Origin: an uncultured Gammaproteobacteria bacterium
GTDB lineage: Bacteria; Pseudomonadota; Gammaproteobacteria; DSM-19610
Reading direction: 5' to 3'
DNA length: 24,000 bases
NCBI GenBank assembly: GCA_963814945.1
Contig: CAWFEQ010000018.1
Location: forward strand, 151,973-175,972
Below are positions 1 to 7,497 of this stretch, piece after piece; the first letter of the stretch is position 1, and the number at the start of each line of letters is the position of its first letter. The translations under genes and the position numbers were made by a program. The notes beneath the pieces were generated by a model. The model made no database searches and was not told the origin of the DNA. It worked only from the letters and a program-made list of their open reading frames with translations.

Positions 1-158
1 GGCATCTGAGTGACCGGTTTGGGAATCTGTTGGGACAGGTGCGAATTGCCCGGCACCTGACCTTTGAACAGGTGCCCTGACGACGGATGCTGCGGCGTCT
101 GCACACACGCAGCGACCAACAGTGACGCGGCGAGCAGAAACACACCTACCTTGTTCAT
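1..158 (-). CDS. putative lipoprotein, N-terminal part only (gene continues past the window start)
   Basis: My own translation of the minus strand from ATG at complement 156..158 gives MNKVGVFLLAASLLVAACVQTPQHPSSGHLFKGQVPGNSHLSQQIPKPVTQ... This is a short basic N-terminus, a hydrophobic core and a lipobox-like VAAC. The ATG overlaps the TGA stop of the upstream ExeA-like gene (ATGA). The frame stays open to position 1. Confidence 0.45.
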   Translation of the reverse strand, partial: MNKVGVFLLAASLLVAACVQTPQHPSSGHLFKGQVPGNSHLSQQIPKPVTQM

Positions 159-170
159 CCTTGTTCATCC
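149..170. repeat. 10-bp tandem duplication (CCTTGTTCAT x2, followed by CC) at the ExeA-like stop / lipoprotein start junction
   Basis: Read directly: ccttgttcat ccttgttcat cc. On the minus strand this is GGATGAACAA GGATGAACAA. The second copy supplies both the TGA stop of the upstream gene and the ATG of the downstream gene. Confidence 0.8.
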
Positions 171-1525
171 ATGTGTGCGGACTGGCCGGCAGATAGCTGG
201 CTGGCCCGCAGCGCGGTTAACGAGCGCAGATAGGGTTGCTGCACTTGCACCCTTGCGGGTAAATCGGCCAGCGCCGCCAAAGCTTTCGACCTGGCATCGA
301 ATTCACCGTACAGCACGTTCCAGCGCTGGCGTCCGTTGACCTCGCTGCGATACAGGTAGATGTTTGGCAACAAATCACTATATGGCTGATTCGACAGTAG
401 TTCCTCCAGCTTCGCCAGGTCGTCGTCTTCGCTCAGCAGGAGCTGGATGGTGAGCCCGCTGGCGCCGGACCGCGCGAGCCAGTGGCGTGATGCCTGCAGG
501 CGCTCAGACACCACTGGCATAACGGCGGCCGGTTGCATTTGCGGGGCAATGCCCCTCGCAGCGTCAATAGTTTGGCTAACTGCGGTCGCTAACGGGCTGT
601 CGCCAGCAGCGGGTCTGCGCAAATGGCCCGTGAGCTGCGCCGCAACCATGGCGAGGGCGAGCCCAACCATGAGCCACCCAACCAGGCCTGCTGACAGGCG
701 GCGAAAGAGCCGATGGCCCGATGGAATCTGATCGCCAGCGGCTCGGCGCACATGCTGCCAGCGCACCTGGTTGGAGCCTTTGGCAAATGCCGCGAGCAGT
801 GCCTTGTCGGCCAGCACGTGCAGGCGGCGAATCAGACCACCGGATGACCAGGCGAGTCGCCAGTAGGCCTGGCCGGTGAACAATTTGCTGCCAGTGTACC
901 CGGCGCTGTGCAGGCGGAAACGTACATAGTCGCGGACCTCGGCGGCGTTTAACGGTGTCAGGTCGAAACTGTGCGTGATCCGGTCCCGAAGCTGGCGAAT
1001 TTCATGCGCATCGAGGCGCTGATTCAATTCCGGCTGGCCGAACAGGACCAGCTGCAGCAGCTTGGCCTGGGTGGTTTCGAGATTCGACAACAGGCGGATT
1101 TCTTCCAGCGTCTGCAGCGGCATGCGCTGGGCCTCCTCGACAAACACCACGACCTGGCGGCCGTGTCGGTGGGCCTGCAGCAGGTAATTCTGCAGCTGCT
1201 GGTAAAGCTGCAGCGCCGGTGTGTCCGGCGCCACCGGCAATTGCAGCTCGATGGCGATAGCAGCGACGATTGCCGCGCTGTTGAGGTTTGGATTGGCGAG
1301 ATACACGACTTCGACATGAGCGGGTAACTGCTCTTGCAGCATGCGGCACAGCATGGTTTTGCCGGTACCGATTTCGCCGGTGACCTTGACCATGCCTTCG
1401 CCCCGGGTGATGGCGTAGATCAGGGTGTCGAGGATTTGTGCGCGCTGTCCGCCGCCGAAGAACCGCCGGGTATCGGGTGTAATCCGGAACGGGGCGATGG
1501 CTAGCCCGAAGTGGCTGTTATGCAT
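155..1525 (-). CDS. ExeA/GspA/MshM-like AAA+ ATPase with one transmembrane segment and a C-terminal SPOR (peptidoglycan-binding) domain
   Basis: 456-aa ORF. The N-terminus FGLAIAPFRITPDTRRFF...GEIGTGKTMLCRML (Walker A) and VVVFVEEAQ (Walker B) are typical of the ExeA family. A hydrophobic segment LSAGLVGWLMVGLALAMVAAQL follows. The C-terminal GLTIQLLLSEDD...RWNVLYGEFDARSKALAALADLP looks like a SPOR domain. Confidence 0.85.
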   Translation of the reverse strand: MHNSHFGLAIAPFRITPDTRRFFGGGQRAQILDTLIYAITRGEGMVKVTGEIGTGKTMLCRMLQEQLPAHVEVVYLANPNLNSAAIVAAIAIELQLPVAPDTPALQLYQQLQNYLLQAHRHGRQVVVFVEEAQRMPLQTLEEIRLLSNLETTQAKLLQLVLFGQPELNQRLDAHEIRQLRDRITHSFDLTPLNAAEVRDYVRFRLHSAGYTGSKLFTGQAYWRLAWSSGGLIRRLHVLADKALLAAFAKGSNQVRWQHVRRAAGDQIPSGHRLFRRLSAGLVGWLMVGLALAMVAAQLTGHLRRPAAGDSPLATAVSQTIDAARGIAPQMQPAAVMPVVSERLQASRHWLARSGASGLTIQLLLSEDDDLAKLEELLSNQPYSDLLPNIYLYRSEVNGRQRWNVLYGEFDARSKALAALADLPARVQVQQPYLRSLTALRASQLSAGQSAHMDEQG

Positions 1526-1601
1526 GTCAAAAACCCGTTAGTGGCTGCAAGCCTACAGATTTAAAGCAATTTATGCGCCACAGCGGGGTGCCGGGGTCAG
1601 T

Positions 1602-2555
1602 TCAACAGGCGGAGGGGTCGTTCAACTGGAGGGAACCCGTGAGGGCGGAGACGTTGGGTAGTCCGTGCCGTTGCAGATAGGTCTGAATTCCGAGGTTGAG
1701 TTTCTGACATACCAGGGGGTCATAGAATAGCGCCGTGCCCACGCCGACCGTGGTTGCGCCGGCGAGCAGAAACTCGATAGCATCCTCGATCGTTGTCACT
1801 CCCCCCTGGCCGATAATGGGAGCCCCGTGGGGCCTGCAGACCTGGTAGACCTGGTGCACTTTGAGCAGGGCAATGGGCTTGATGGCGGGGCCGGACAGCC
1901 CGGCCTGATTGTTGCCGATCACCGGCCGGCGTCTTTCGATGTCGATAGCCATGCCCATCAGAGTATTGATAACGGCGAAGCCGTCGCTGCCCGCTTCAAT
2001 GCAGCGACGCGCGTTGTTGGCGATGTCGGTCTGGTTGGGTGACAATTTGGTGATCAGCGGTTTTCCAGTGGCGCTGCGGCAGGCTTCCACCACCCTTGCT
2101 GACATATCCGGATCGTTGCCGAAAGCAACGCCGCCTTGTTTGACATTCGGGCAGGAAATGTTGATCTCGATGGCATCGATTGGCGAGTCGTCGAAGCGGC
2201 GGGTGACCTCGTGGTATTCCTCGACCGTGGAGCCGGAGACGTTGGCGATGAAGCGTGTCTCCCCGAAATCCAGCGCTGGCAGGATTCGCCTGACCACGTG
2301 GTCGACTCCGGGGTTTTGCAGGCCGATGGCGTTAAGCATGCCCATCGGCGTCTCGTAGATCCGGTGTGGCGGGTTACCCAGTCTCGGTGCCAGGGTGGTG
2401 CCCTTGAGGCAGACGGCGCCGACATCGCGGTTGGAGAAGCCTTTGACGCGTGTGTATTCTTCACCGAAACCGACGCACCCGGATAACAGCACCAGGGGCG
2501 AATTGAGCTGCAGACCGCAGAAGTCGACTGCCAGAGGGTTGCTGGAATCCGTCAT
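1602..2555 (-). CDS. pyrD: class-1 (PyrD-B-like) dihydroorotate dehydrogenase catalytic subunit
   Basis: The ORF is 1602..2690. I place the start at the internal ATG (complement 2553..2555, MTDSSNPLAVDFCGLQLNSPL...). Motifs seen: GMLNAIGLQNPG, active-site NISCPNV with the class-1 catalytic Cys, and GQGGV...AGATTVGVGTA. Confidence 0.85.
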   Translation of the reverse strand: MTDSSNPLAVDFCGLQLNSPLVLLSGCVGFGEEYTRVKGFSNRDVGAVCLKGTTLAPRLGNPPHRIYETPMGMLNAIGLQNPGVDHVVRRILPALDFGETRFIANVSGSTVEEYHEVTRRFDDSPIDAIEINISCPNVKQGGVAFGNDPDMSARVVEACRSATGKPLITKLSPNQTDIANNARRCIEAGSDGFAVINTLMGMAIDIERRRPVIGNNQAGLSGPAIKPIALLKVHQVYQVCRPHGAPIIGQGGVTTIEDAIEFLLAGATTVGVGTALFYDPLVCQKLNLGIQTYLQRHGLPNVSALTGSLQLNDPSAC

Positions 2556-2650
2556 CGAGTGCGTATTTGACCTGAAGCCCGGGCGAAAGAAAAGCATGAC
2601 CGACGATACCGCCGTTGGGAGTCGACCGTGGTCCGCGCTACACTGGCCGC

Positions 2651-3121
2651 ATGTTTCATGTCGTCCTTTTTCAACCGGAAATCCCGCCAAACACCGGTAA
2701 CGTCATCCGCCTGTGCGCGAATACCGGTAGTTCCCTCCACCTGATTCAGCCACTGGGGTTCGAGATGAGCGACAGCAAGCTGCGACGCGCTGGTCTGGAT
2801 TATCACGAGTGGGCCAGCGTGGCGGTGCACGCGTCGCTGCAATCGTTCGCTGCTGCTATCATGCCGTCGCGCATCTGGGCCCTGTCCACCCGCGGCGCCC
2901 GCTGTTACAGCGAGGTCACCTTCCAGTCCGGCGATGCGCTGCTGTTCGGGCCGGAAACTCGTGGCTTACCCGTCGAAGTGCTCGAGGACCTGGGAACAGA
3001 ACGCATCCTGAGACTGCCCATGCTGCCGCAAAGTCGCAGCCTGAACCTGTCCAATGCAGTGGCCGTGCTGGTGTACGAAGCCTGGCGGCAACGGGGATTT
3101 GCCGGTAGCTACAACGTGTAA
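2651..3121 (+). CDS. trmL: tRNA (cytidine/uridine-34 2'-O)-methyltransferase TrmL (SPOUT family)
   Basis: [26 protein letters not shown]..., [11 protein letters not shown] and [18 protein letters not shown] are typical of TrmL/YibK. Start taken at ATG 2651 inside track ORF 2615..3121. Confidence 0.9.
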   Translation: MFHVVLFQPEIPPNTGNVIRLCANTGSSLHLIQPLGFEMSDSKLRRAGLDYHEWASVAVHASLQSFAAAIMPSRIWALSTRGARCYSEVTFQSGDALLFGPETRGLPVEVLEDLGTERILRLPMLPQSRSLNLSNAVAVLVYEAWRQRGFAGSYNV

Positions 3122-3141
3122 CAAGCGGTGAGCAGGGGTGG

Positions 3142-3239
3142 GTTGGGCTGAGCGCCGCGAAGCCCAACGTTGCCGCCCATAAACCTGCTGTTGCGCTGAG
3201 CGCCGTAGGTTGGGCTCAGGTACGAAGCCCAACCTACGG
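3142..3239. repeat. two REP-like palindromic units (GTTGGGCT...AGCCCAAC type) in the trmL/gpsA convergent intergenic region
   Basis: Unit 1: GTTGGGCT (3142-3149) pairs with AGCCCAAC (3161-3168). Unit 2: CCGTAGGTTGGGCT (3203-3216) pairs with AGCCCAACCTACGG (3226-3239), a 14-bp perfect stem with a 9-nt loop. An 11-nt direct repeat GCTGAGCGCCG occurs at 3147-3157 and 3195-3205. Confidence 0.6.
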
Positions 3240-3331
3240 GTTAATCGGCCGAATGGCCGATCGATCTGGCGTTCAGCCGTAACCCGAAGCCACCGGCTTT
3301 TGGCAGGTGGAGTATTCACCCCGTGGCGTCG

Positions 3332-4345
3332 TTACAGCGTTTCCGGCTTGGATTCCCGTGCCAGCAGGTTATCTACGGCCGTGATAGCGGGTTCGCCGTC
3401 AAACAGCACACGCTTGACCTGCGCGGTGATGGGCATGTCCACGCCGTAGCGTGCCGCCAGAGCGTCCAGCTCCTTTGCCGTGTGCAGCCCCTCGATAGCC
3501 TGGGCGATGTCGGCGATGGCTTTTTCCTGCGTGATACCGCGGCCAAGCGCCAGTCCCAGACGCCGGTTACGCGACTGATCGTCGGTACAGGTGAGTACCA
3601 GGTCGCCGACACCAGCGAGTCCCATCAGGGTTTCCCGCTGGCTGCCCAGGCGTGCGCCCAGGCGCATGATTTCCGCCAGACCGCGGGTTATGAGCGCTGC
3701 GCGCGCATTGGCACCGTAACCCAGGCCATCGGAAACGCCGGCCGCAATGGCCAGCACGTTCTTGACTGAACCGCCCAGTTCCACGCCAACGATATCCTCG
3801 CAGGTATAGGCCCTGAAACGCAGACAGTGAAACAGCTCCGCCACGGTCCTGGCGTACCCGGCATTCCTTGAGGCTACGGTAACGGCGGTCGGCAGTCCGC
3901 GGGCTACTTCGGAGGCGAAACTCGGTCCGGAGACCGCCGCGATATCGACGTGCCCGGGAAACTCTTCATCGACGATCTGGTGGAGGAATTTGCCCGTACC
4001 GGGTTCCAGGCCTTTGCTGGCCCAAATCAGGTTAAACGCTGTGCCGAGATGGGAGCGTGCGTTCTGCAGTACCTCGCGGAAGGCTGCACTCGGTACGGCC
4101 ACCAGCACGTGGTCGCTGCCGGAAAGTGCACTGTGCAGGTCCGCGAACGCCTGTACGTCATCGGGCAGCGCGATGCCGGGCAGGTGGCGCCGGTTCTCGC
4201 GCTGCTTGTTGAGTGCGTCGACATGCCCGGCATCGCGGTCCCAGAGGCGTACCTGGTGGCCGTTTCTGGCGAGCAACATGGACAGGGCCGTACCCCAGGA
4301 CCCGGCACCCAGCACGGTGACGACGCAGCGGGGGCTTTCCGCCAT
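3332..4345 (-). CDS. gpsA: NAD(P)H-dependent glycerol-3-phosphate dehydrogenase
   Basis: 337 aa. N-terminal Rossmann motif VLGAGSWGTALSMLLARNGH. Full-length GpsA-like sequence located directly downstream of secB, as in E. coli. Confidence 0.95.
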   Translation of the reverse strand: MAESPRCVVTVLGAGSWGTALSMLLARNGHQVRLWDRDAGHVDALNKQRENRRHLPGIALPDDVQAFADLHSALSGSDHVLVAVPSAAFREVLQNARSHLGTAFNLIWASKGLEPGTGKFLHQIVDEEFPGHVDIAAVSGPSFASEVARGLPTAVTVASRNAGYARTVAELFHCLRFRAYTCEDIVGVELGGSVKNVLAIAAGVSDGLGYGANARAALITRGLAEIMRLGARLGSQRETLMGLAGVGDLVLTCTDDQSRNRRLGLALGRGITQEKAIADIAQAIEGLHTAKELDALAARYGVDMPITAQVKRVLFDGEPAITAVDNLLARESKPETL

Positions 4346-4358
4346 GCGGGCGCGGTGC

Positions 4359-4829
4359 CTAGGTCGACGCGGCTTGCTTGTCTGCCTGATTGAGGTTCTG
4401 CTTATACACGGCCTCGAAGTTGACCGGAGCCAAAAGCAATTGCGGGAACCCGCCTTTCACCACCAGGTCGGAGACTGCCTCCCGTGCAAACGGATACAGC
4501 GTCTCCGGACAGTAGGCGCGAAGCATATGGCTCTTCTGGGCTGCGTCGAGACCCTGCACCTGAAATATTCCCGCCTGCTGTACTTCAACCAGAAATGCGG
4601 TCTTCTCTCCCTGCTGCGACGTGACGGTTACGTTGAGGACCACTTCAAACAAACTGTCTTCCAGTTCATTCACCGAGGTGTTGACCTGAAGCTCCACGTC
4701 GGGTTTGAACTCCTGAGTAAATATTACCGGCGAGTTGGGTGTCTCGAAGGAAACGTCCTTCAGATAGATCCGCAGGATGCCGAACTGCGGGCCTGCACCC
4801 GCCCCTGTCTGTGCGTTTTCGTCAGTCAT
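4359..4829 (-). CDS. secB: protein-export chaperone SecB
   Basis: From the internal ATG (complement 4827..4829): MTDENAQTGAGAGPQFGILRIYLKDVSFETPNSP...LLLAPVNFEAVY, a typical SecB of about 156 aa. The longer track ORF extends to 4934 and would overlap the rhodanese gene. Confidence 0.9.
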   Translation of the reverse strand: MTDENAQTGAGAGPQFGILRIYLKDVSFETPNSPVIFTQEFKPDVELQVNTSVNELEDSLFEVVLNVTVTSQQGEKTAFLVEVQQAGIFQVQGLDAAQKSHMLRAYCPETLYPFAREAVSDLVVKGGFPQLLLAPVNFEAVYKQNLNQADKQAAST

Positions 4830-4860
4830 GTTGCGTGTCCAGTGGTGAATTTGCAGCGAA

Positions 4861-5292
4861 TTATTTCGTACTGATCGGCAGGCTGGCATTCTGCCAGGCG
4901 GTAATGCCGCCGCTGAGATTGTACACGGTTTCAAAGCCGTGTTTTTTCAGGATTCCGCTGACAGCGCTGGTGCGGGATCCGGATCGACAGTAGGTGATGA
5001 CCGGGCCGGTCTTGAACCGGTTCAGTTCCCCCACCCGGTCGGGTAGCTGTTTGAGCGGGATATGAATGGCGTCGGGAATGTGACCACCCTTGTATTCGCC
5101 GTCGTCGCGGACGTCGAGGAACACGGCATCCTCCCGGTTGCTCAGCCGGATGGCCTCAACCGGTCCGACTGACTGTATACCGCTGATGCGGCGAACAATT
5201 TCCGTGTACAGCAACGCACCCAAGGTACCCAGAAAGGCAACGATCAGGATGGGGTGGTTGCCGGCAAACTCAATGATGCGGGCGAAATCCAT
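4861..5292 (-). CDS. membrane-anchored single-domain rhodanese (YibN-position sulfurtransferase)
   Basis: 143 aa. N-terminal hydrophobic helix HPILIVAFLGTLGALLYTEIV followed by a rhodanese fold with active-site loop YCRSGSRT. GGAGG lies 9 nt upstream of the ATG. It occupies the yibN position upstream of secB-gpsA. Confidence 0.85.
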   Translation of the reverse strand: MDFARIIEFAGNHPILIVAFLGTLGALLYTEIVRRISGIQSVGPVEAIRLSNREDAVFLDVRDDGEYKGGHIPDAIHIPLKQLPDRVGELNRFKTGPVITYCRSGSRTSAVSGILKKHGFETVYNLSGGITAWQNASLPISTK

Positions 5293-5333
5293 GCCGGATT
5301 TCCTCCAGGTCGTAAGGGTCGCTGGTGCCGTGC

Positions 5334-5663
5334 TCAGACCGATTCCATGTTGCAGAACACTTCGCGCATCATGCCAATCAGCCGCAGGGTGCGAGAATCG
5401 CTGACCCGGTAGTAAACCCGGTTGGCGTCCTTACGGGACGCCAATATGCCCTTGTCACGCAGGATGGCGAGATGCTGGGATATGTTGCTTTGTGAAGTGC
5501 CGACGTGCTCGACGATGTCCTGAACACTGACTTCCTGGTCACCGAGGGTGCACAGGATTTTCAGGCGCAGCGGATGGGACATGGCCTTGAGGGAACGGGA
5601 GGCGCGATCAATGTCTTCGTCGCGCGTGATGAGACTTTCGCTGGCTGGCACCACCATAATCAT
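5334..5663 (-). CDS. ArsR/SmtB-family transcriptional regulator, YgaV/SqrR/BigR-like (two conserved Cys)
   Basis: LKAMSHPLRLKILCTLGDQEVSVQDIVEHVGTSQSNISQHLAILRDKGIL is an ArsR-type winged helix-turn-helix. There is a Cys in helix alpha-2 (ILCTL) and a Cys near the C-terminus (EVFCNMESV). The start is uncertain: the track ORF begins at 5705, and I prefer ATG 5663 or 5657 because AGGTGA precedes them. Confidence 0.8.
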   Translation of the reverse strand: MIMVVPASESLITRDEDIDRASRSLKAMSHPLRLKILCTLGDQEVSVQDIVEHVGTSQSNISQHLAILRDKGILASRKDANRVYYRVSDSRTLRLIGMMREVFCNMESV

Positions 5664-5729
5664 TGTCACCTGCCGTGTCACTGAATTTTCATAGAAAAAC
5701 AACATCTGGCCGATGTTTTAGCCCTGCCC

Positions 5730-5753
5730 TTTATAATCAAAACATTATACAAT
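5730..5753. promoter_or_regulatory. AT-rich divergent promoter/operator candidate between the arsR-like gene and gpmI
   Basis: An imperfect inverted repeat TTTATAAT (5730-5737) N6 ATTATACA (5744-5751) matches at 7 of 8 positions. It contains TATAAT on the plus strand (5732-5737), TACAAT (5748-5753), and TATAAT on the minus strand (complement of 5744-5749). Confidence 0.35.
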
Positions 5754-5872
5754 AATGCGCCGGTGAAGGAAGCTGAATTTATCGGCGCAGGCCCGCGACG
5801 ACATGGTGAGCGGGCCTCTCTATGGTTAGAACAAGGCTAAAATAGCAGGCGCCCGCCTGAGAAATTGAGGTT

Positions 5873-7462
5873 ATGCAAAACGCTCCAAAGCCTGTCGCGC
5901 TAATAATCCTGGACGGTTGGGGTTACAGCGAAGATCAGCGCTACAACGCCATCGCTGGCGCACATAAACCGGTCTGGGATCGGCTCTGGCAGCAGTTCCC
6001 CCACTGTCTTATCCGTACCTCGGGGGCGTCGGTCGGCTTGCCGGCTGAGCAGATGGGCAATTCGGAAGTCGGACACCTTAACCTGGGTGCCGGACGCGTG
6101 GTGTATCAGGAATTCACCAGGGTCAGCCGCTCAATTAAGACCGGCTCGTTTTTTGCCAATGCCACTCTGACCGACGCTGTCGATGAGGCGATCCACAACG
6201 ATACAGCGGTGCATATTATCGGCCTGCTGTCGCCAGGTGGCGTGCACAGCCACGAAGAGCATATTCACGCCATGGTCCAGCTGGCGGTTGAGCGCGGGGC
6301 AGAGCACGTCTATCTGCATGCTTTTCTTGATGGTCGCGATACGGCGCCGCGCAGCGCTGCGGCGTCGATTCAAGCGATGGAAGACAAGTTTCGTGCCCTG
6401 GGTGGCGGTCGATTTGCGTCCATGATAGGTCGCTACTACGCCATGGATCGTGACCACCGCTGGCCGCGCATACGGGCGGCCTACGACCTGATCACCGGTG
6501 CGAAAGCTCAGTTCGAGGCCGCGGATCCCATGACTGCGCTGGAGATGGCCTACGCCCGTGACGAGAGCGACGAATTCGTCAAAGCGACGCGCATTGTGCC
6601 GCAAGACAAGCCGCCGGTCAGCGTTCGCGACGGCGACGTCGTTATGTTCATGAACTTCCGCTCCGATCGCGCCCGCCAGATTACCAGGCCCTTCATCGAA
6701 CCTGATTTCGACGGTTTCGAGCGCGCAGTCACCCCCCGGCTGTGTCGTTTTGTCAGCCTCACCGAGTACAACTCGGAGTTCGATATTCCCGTGGCCTTTC
6801 CACCCGAGCGCCTGAAGAACGTGTTCGGCGAATTCGCAGCCAAACTGGGCCTCCGCCAGTTGCGTCTCGCGGAAACGGAAAAATATGCGCACGTCACCTT
6901 CTTTTTCAACGGTGGTGTGGAAGAGCCATTTGAGGGTGAAGACCGTATCCTGGTGCCATCGCCCCTGGTGGCGACTTACGATTTGCAGCCGGAAATGAGC
7001 GCCCCCCAGGTTACCGACCACCTGGTAGAAGCGATCAAATCCGGCCAGTACGATGTAATTATCTGCAATTACGCCAACCCCGACATGGTCGGGCACACCG
7101 GTAATTTCGCAGCTGCTGTCCAGGCCCTTGAGGCCATCGATGCGTGCCTCGGCCGGGTGTATGATGCCCTGCAGTTGGTGAGTGGCGAAGCGCTGATCAC
7201 TGCCGACCATGGCAATGCGGAGCAAATGCGCGGCAAGGATACCGGGCAAGCGCATACCGCGCACACGTCCAACGTTGTGCCGCTGCTGTACCTCGGCCGT
7301 GCGGCCCGGCTGGAAGATGGGGTGCTGGCCGACGTAGTTCCCACAATGATTGATGTTTTGGGTCTGAAACCGCCGCAAGAAATGACGGGACATTCGCTGA
7401 TTGAACTTGCCCCCGCGGGCTCCCGGTCCCGAGCCGGCGTCACTGAGGAGGCCGAAGCCTGA
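5873..7462 (+). CDS. gpmI: 2,3-bisphosphoglycerate-independent phosphoglycerate mutase
   Basis: 529 aa with [33 protein letters not shown] and ITADHGNAE. Followed by envC and yibQ, as in the E. coli gpmM-envC-yibQ arrangement. Confidence 0.95.
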   Translation: MQNAPKPVALIILDGWGYSEDQRYNAIAGAHKPVWDRLWQQFPHCLIRTSGASVGLPAEQMGNSEVGHLNLGAGRVVYQEFTRVSRSIKTGSFFANATLTDAVDEAIHNDTAVHIIGLLSPGGVHSHEEHIHAMVQLAVERGAEHVYLHAFLDGRDTAPRSAAASIQAMEDKFRALGGGRFASMIGRYYAMDRDHRWPRIRAAYDLITGAKAQFEAADPMTALEMAYARDESDEFVKATRIVPQDKPPVSVRDGDVVMFMNFRSDRARQITRPFIEPDFDGFERAVTPRLCRFVSLTEYNSEFDIPVAFPPERLKNVFGEFAAKLGLRQLRLAETEKYAHVTFFFNGGVEEPFEGEDRILVPSPLVATYDLQPEMSAPQVTDHLVEAIKSGQYDVIICNYANPDMVGHTGNFAAAVQALEAIDACLGRVYDALQLVSGEALITADHGNAEQMRGKDTGQAHTAHTSNVVPLLYLGRAARLEDGVLADVVPTMIDVLGLKPPQEMTGHSLIELAPAGSRSRAGVTEEAEA

Positions 7463-7497
7463 GCGCGGGGAAGGCCACGGTCGCTGGCGGGCGTATT

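Noticed and set aside
2556-2690. Upstream extensions of pyrD (to 2690) and secB (to 4934) given by the longest-ORF track
   Set aside because: The extensions are non-homologous and Arg/Cys-rich. They would overlap the neighbouring divergent or upstream genes. Conserved protein N-termini begin at the internal ATGs.
3990-4874. 294-aa plus-strand ORF
   Set aside because: It is antisense to gpsA and secB and crosses their intergenic region. It has no recognisable motifs.
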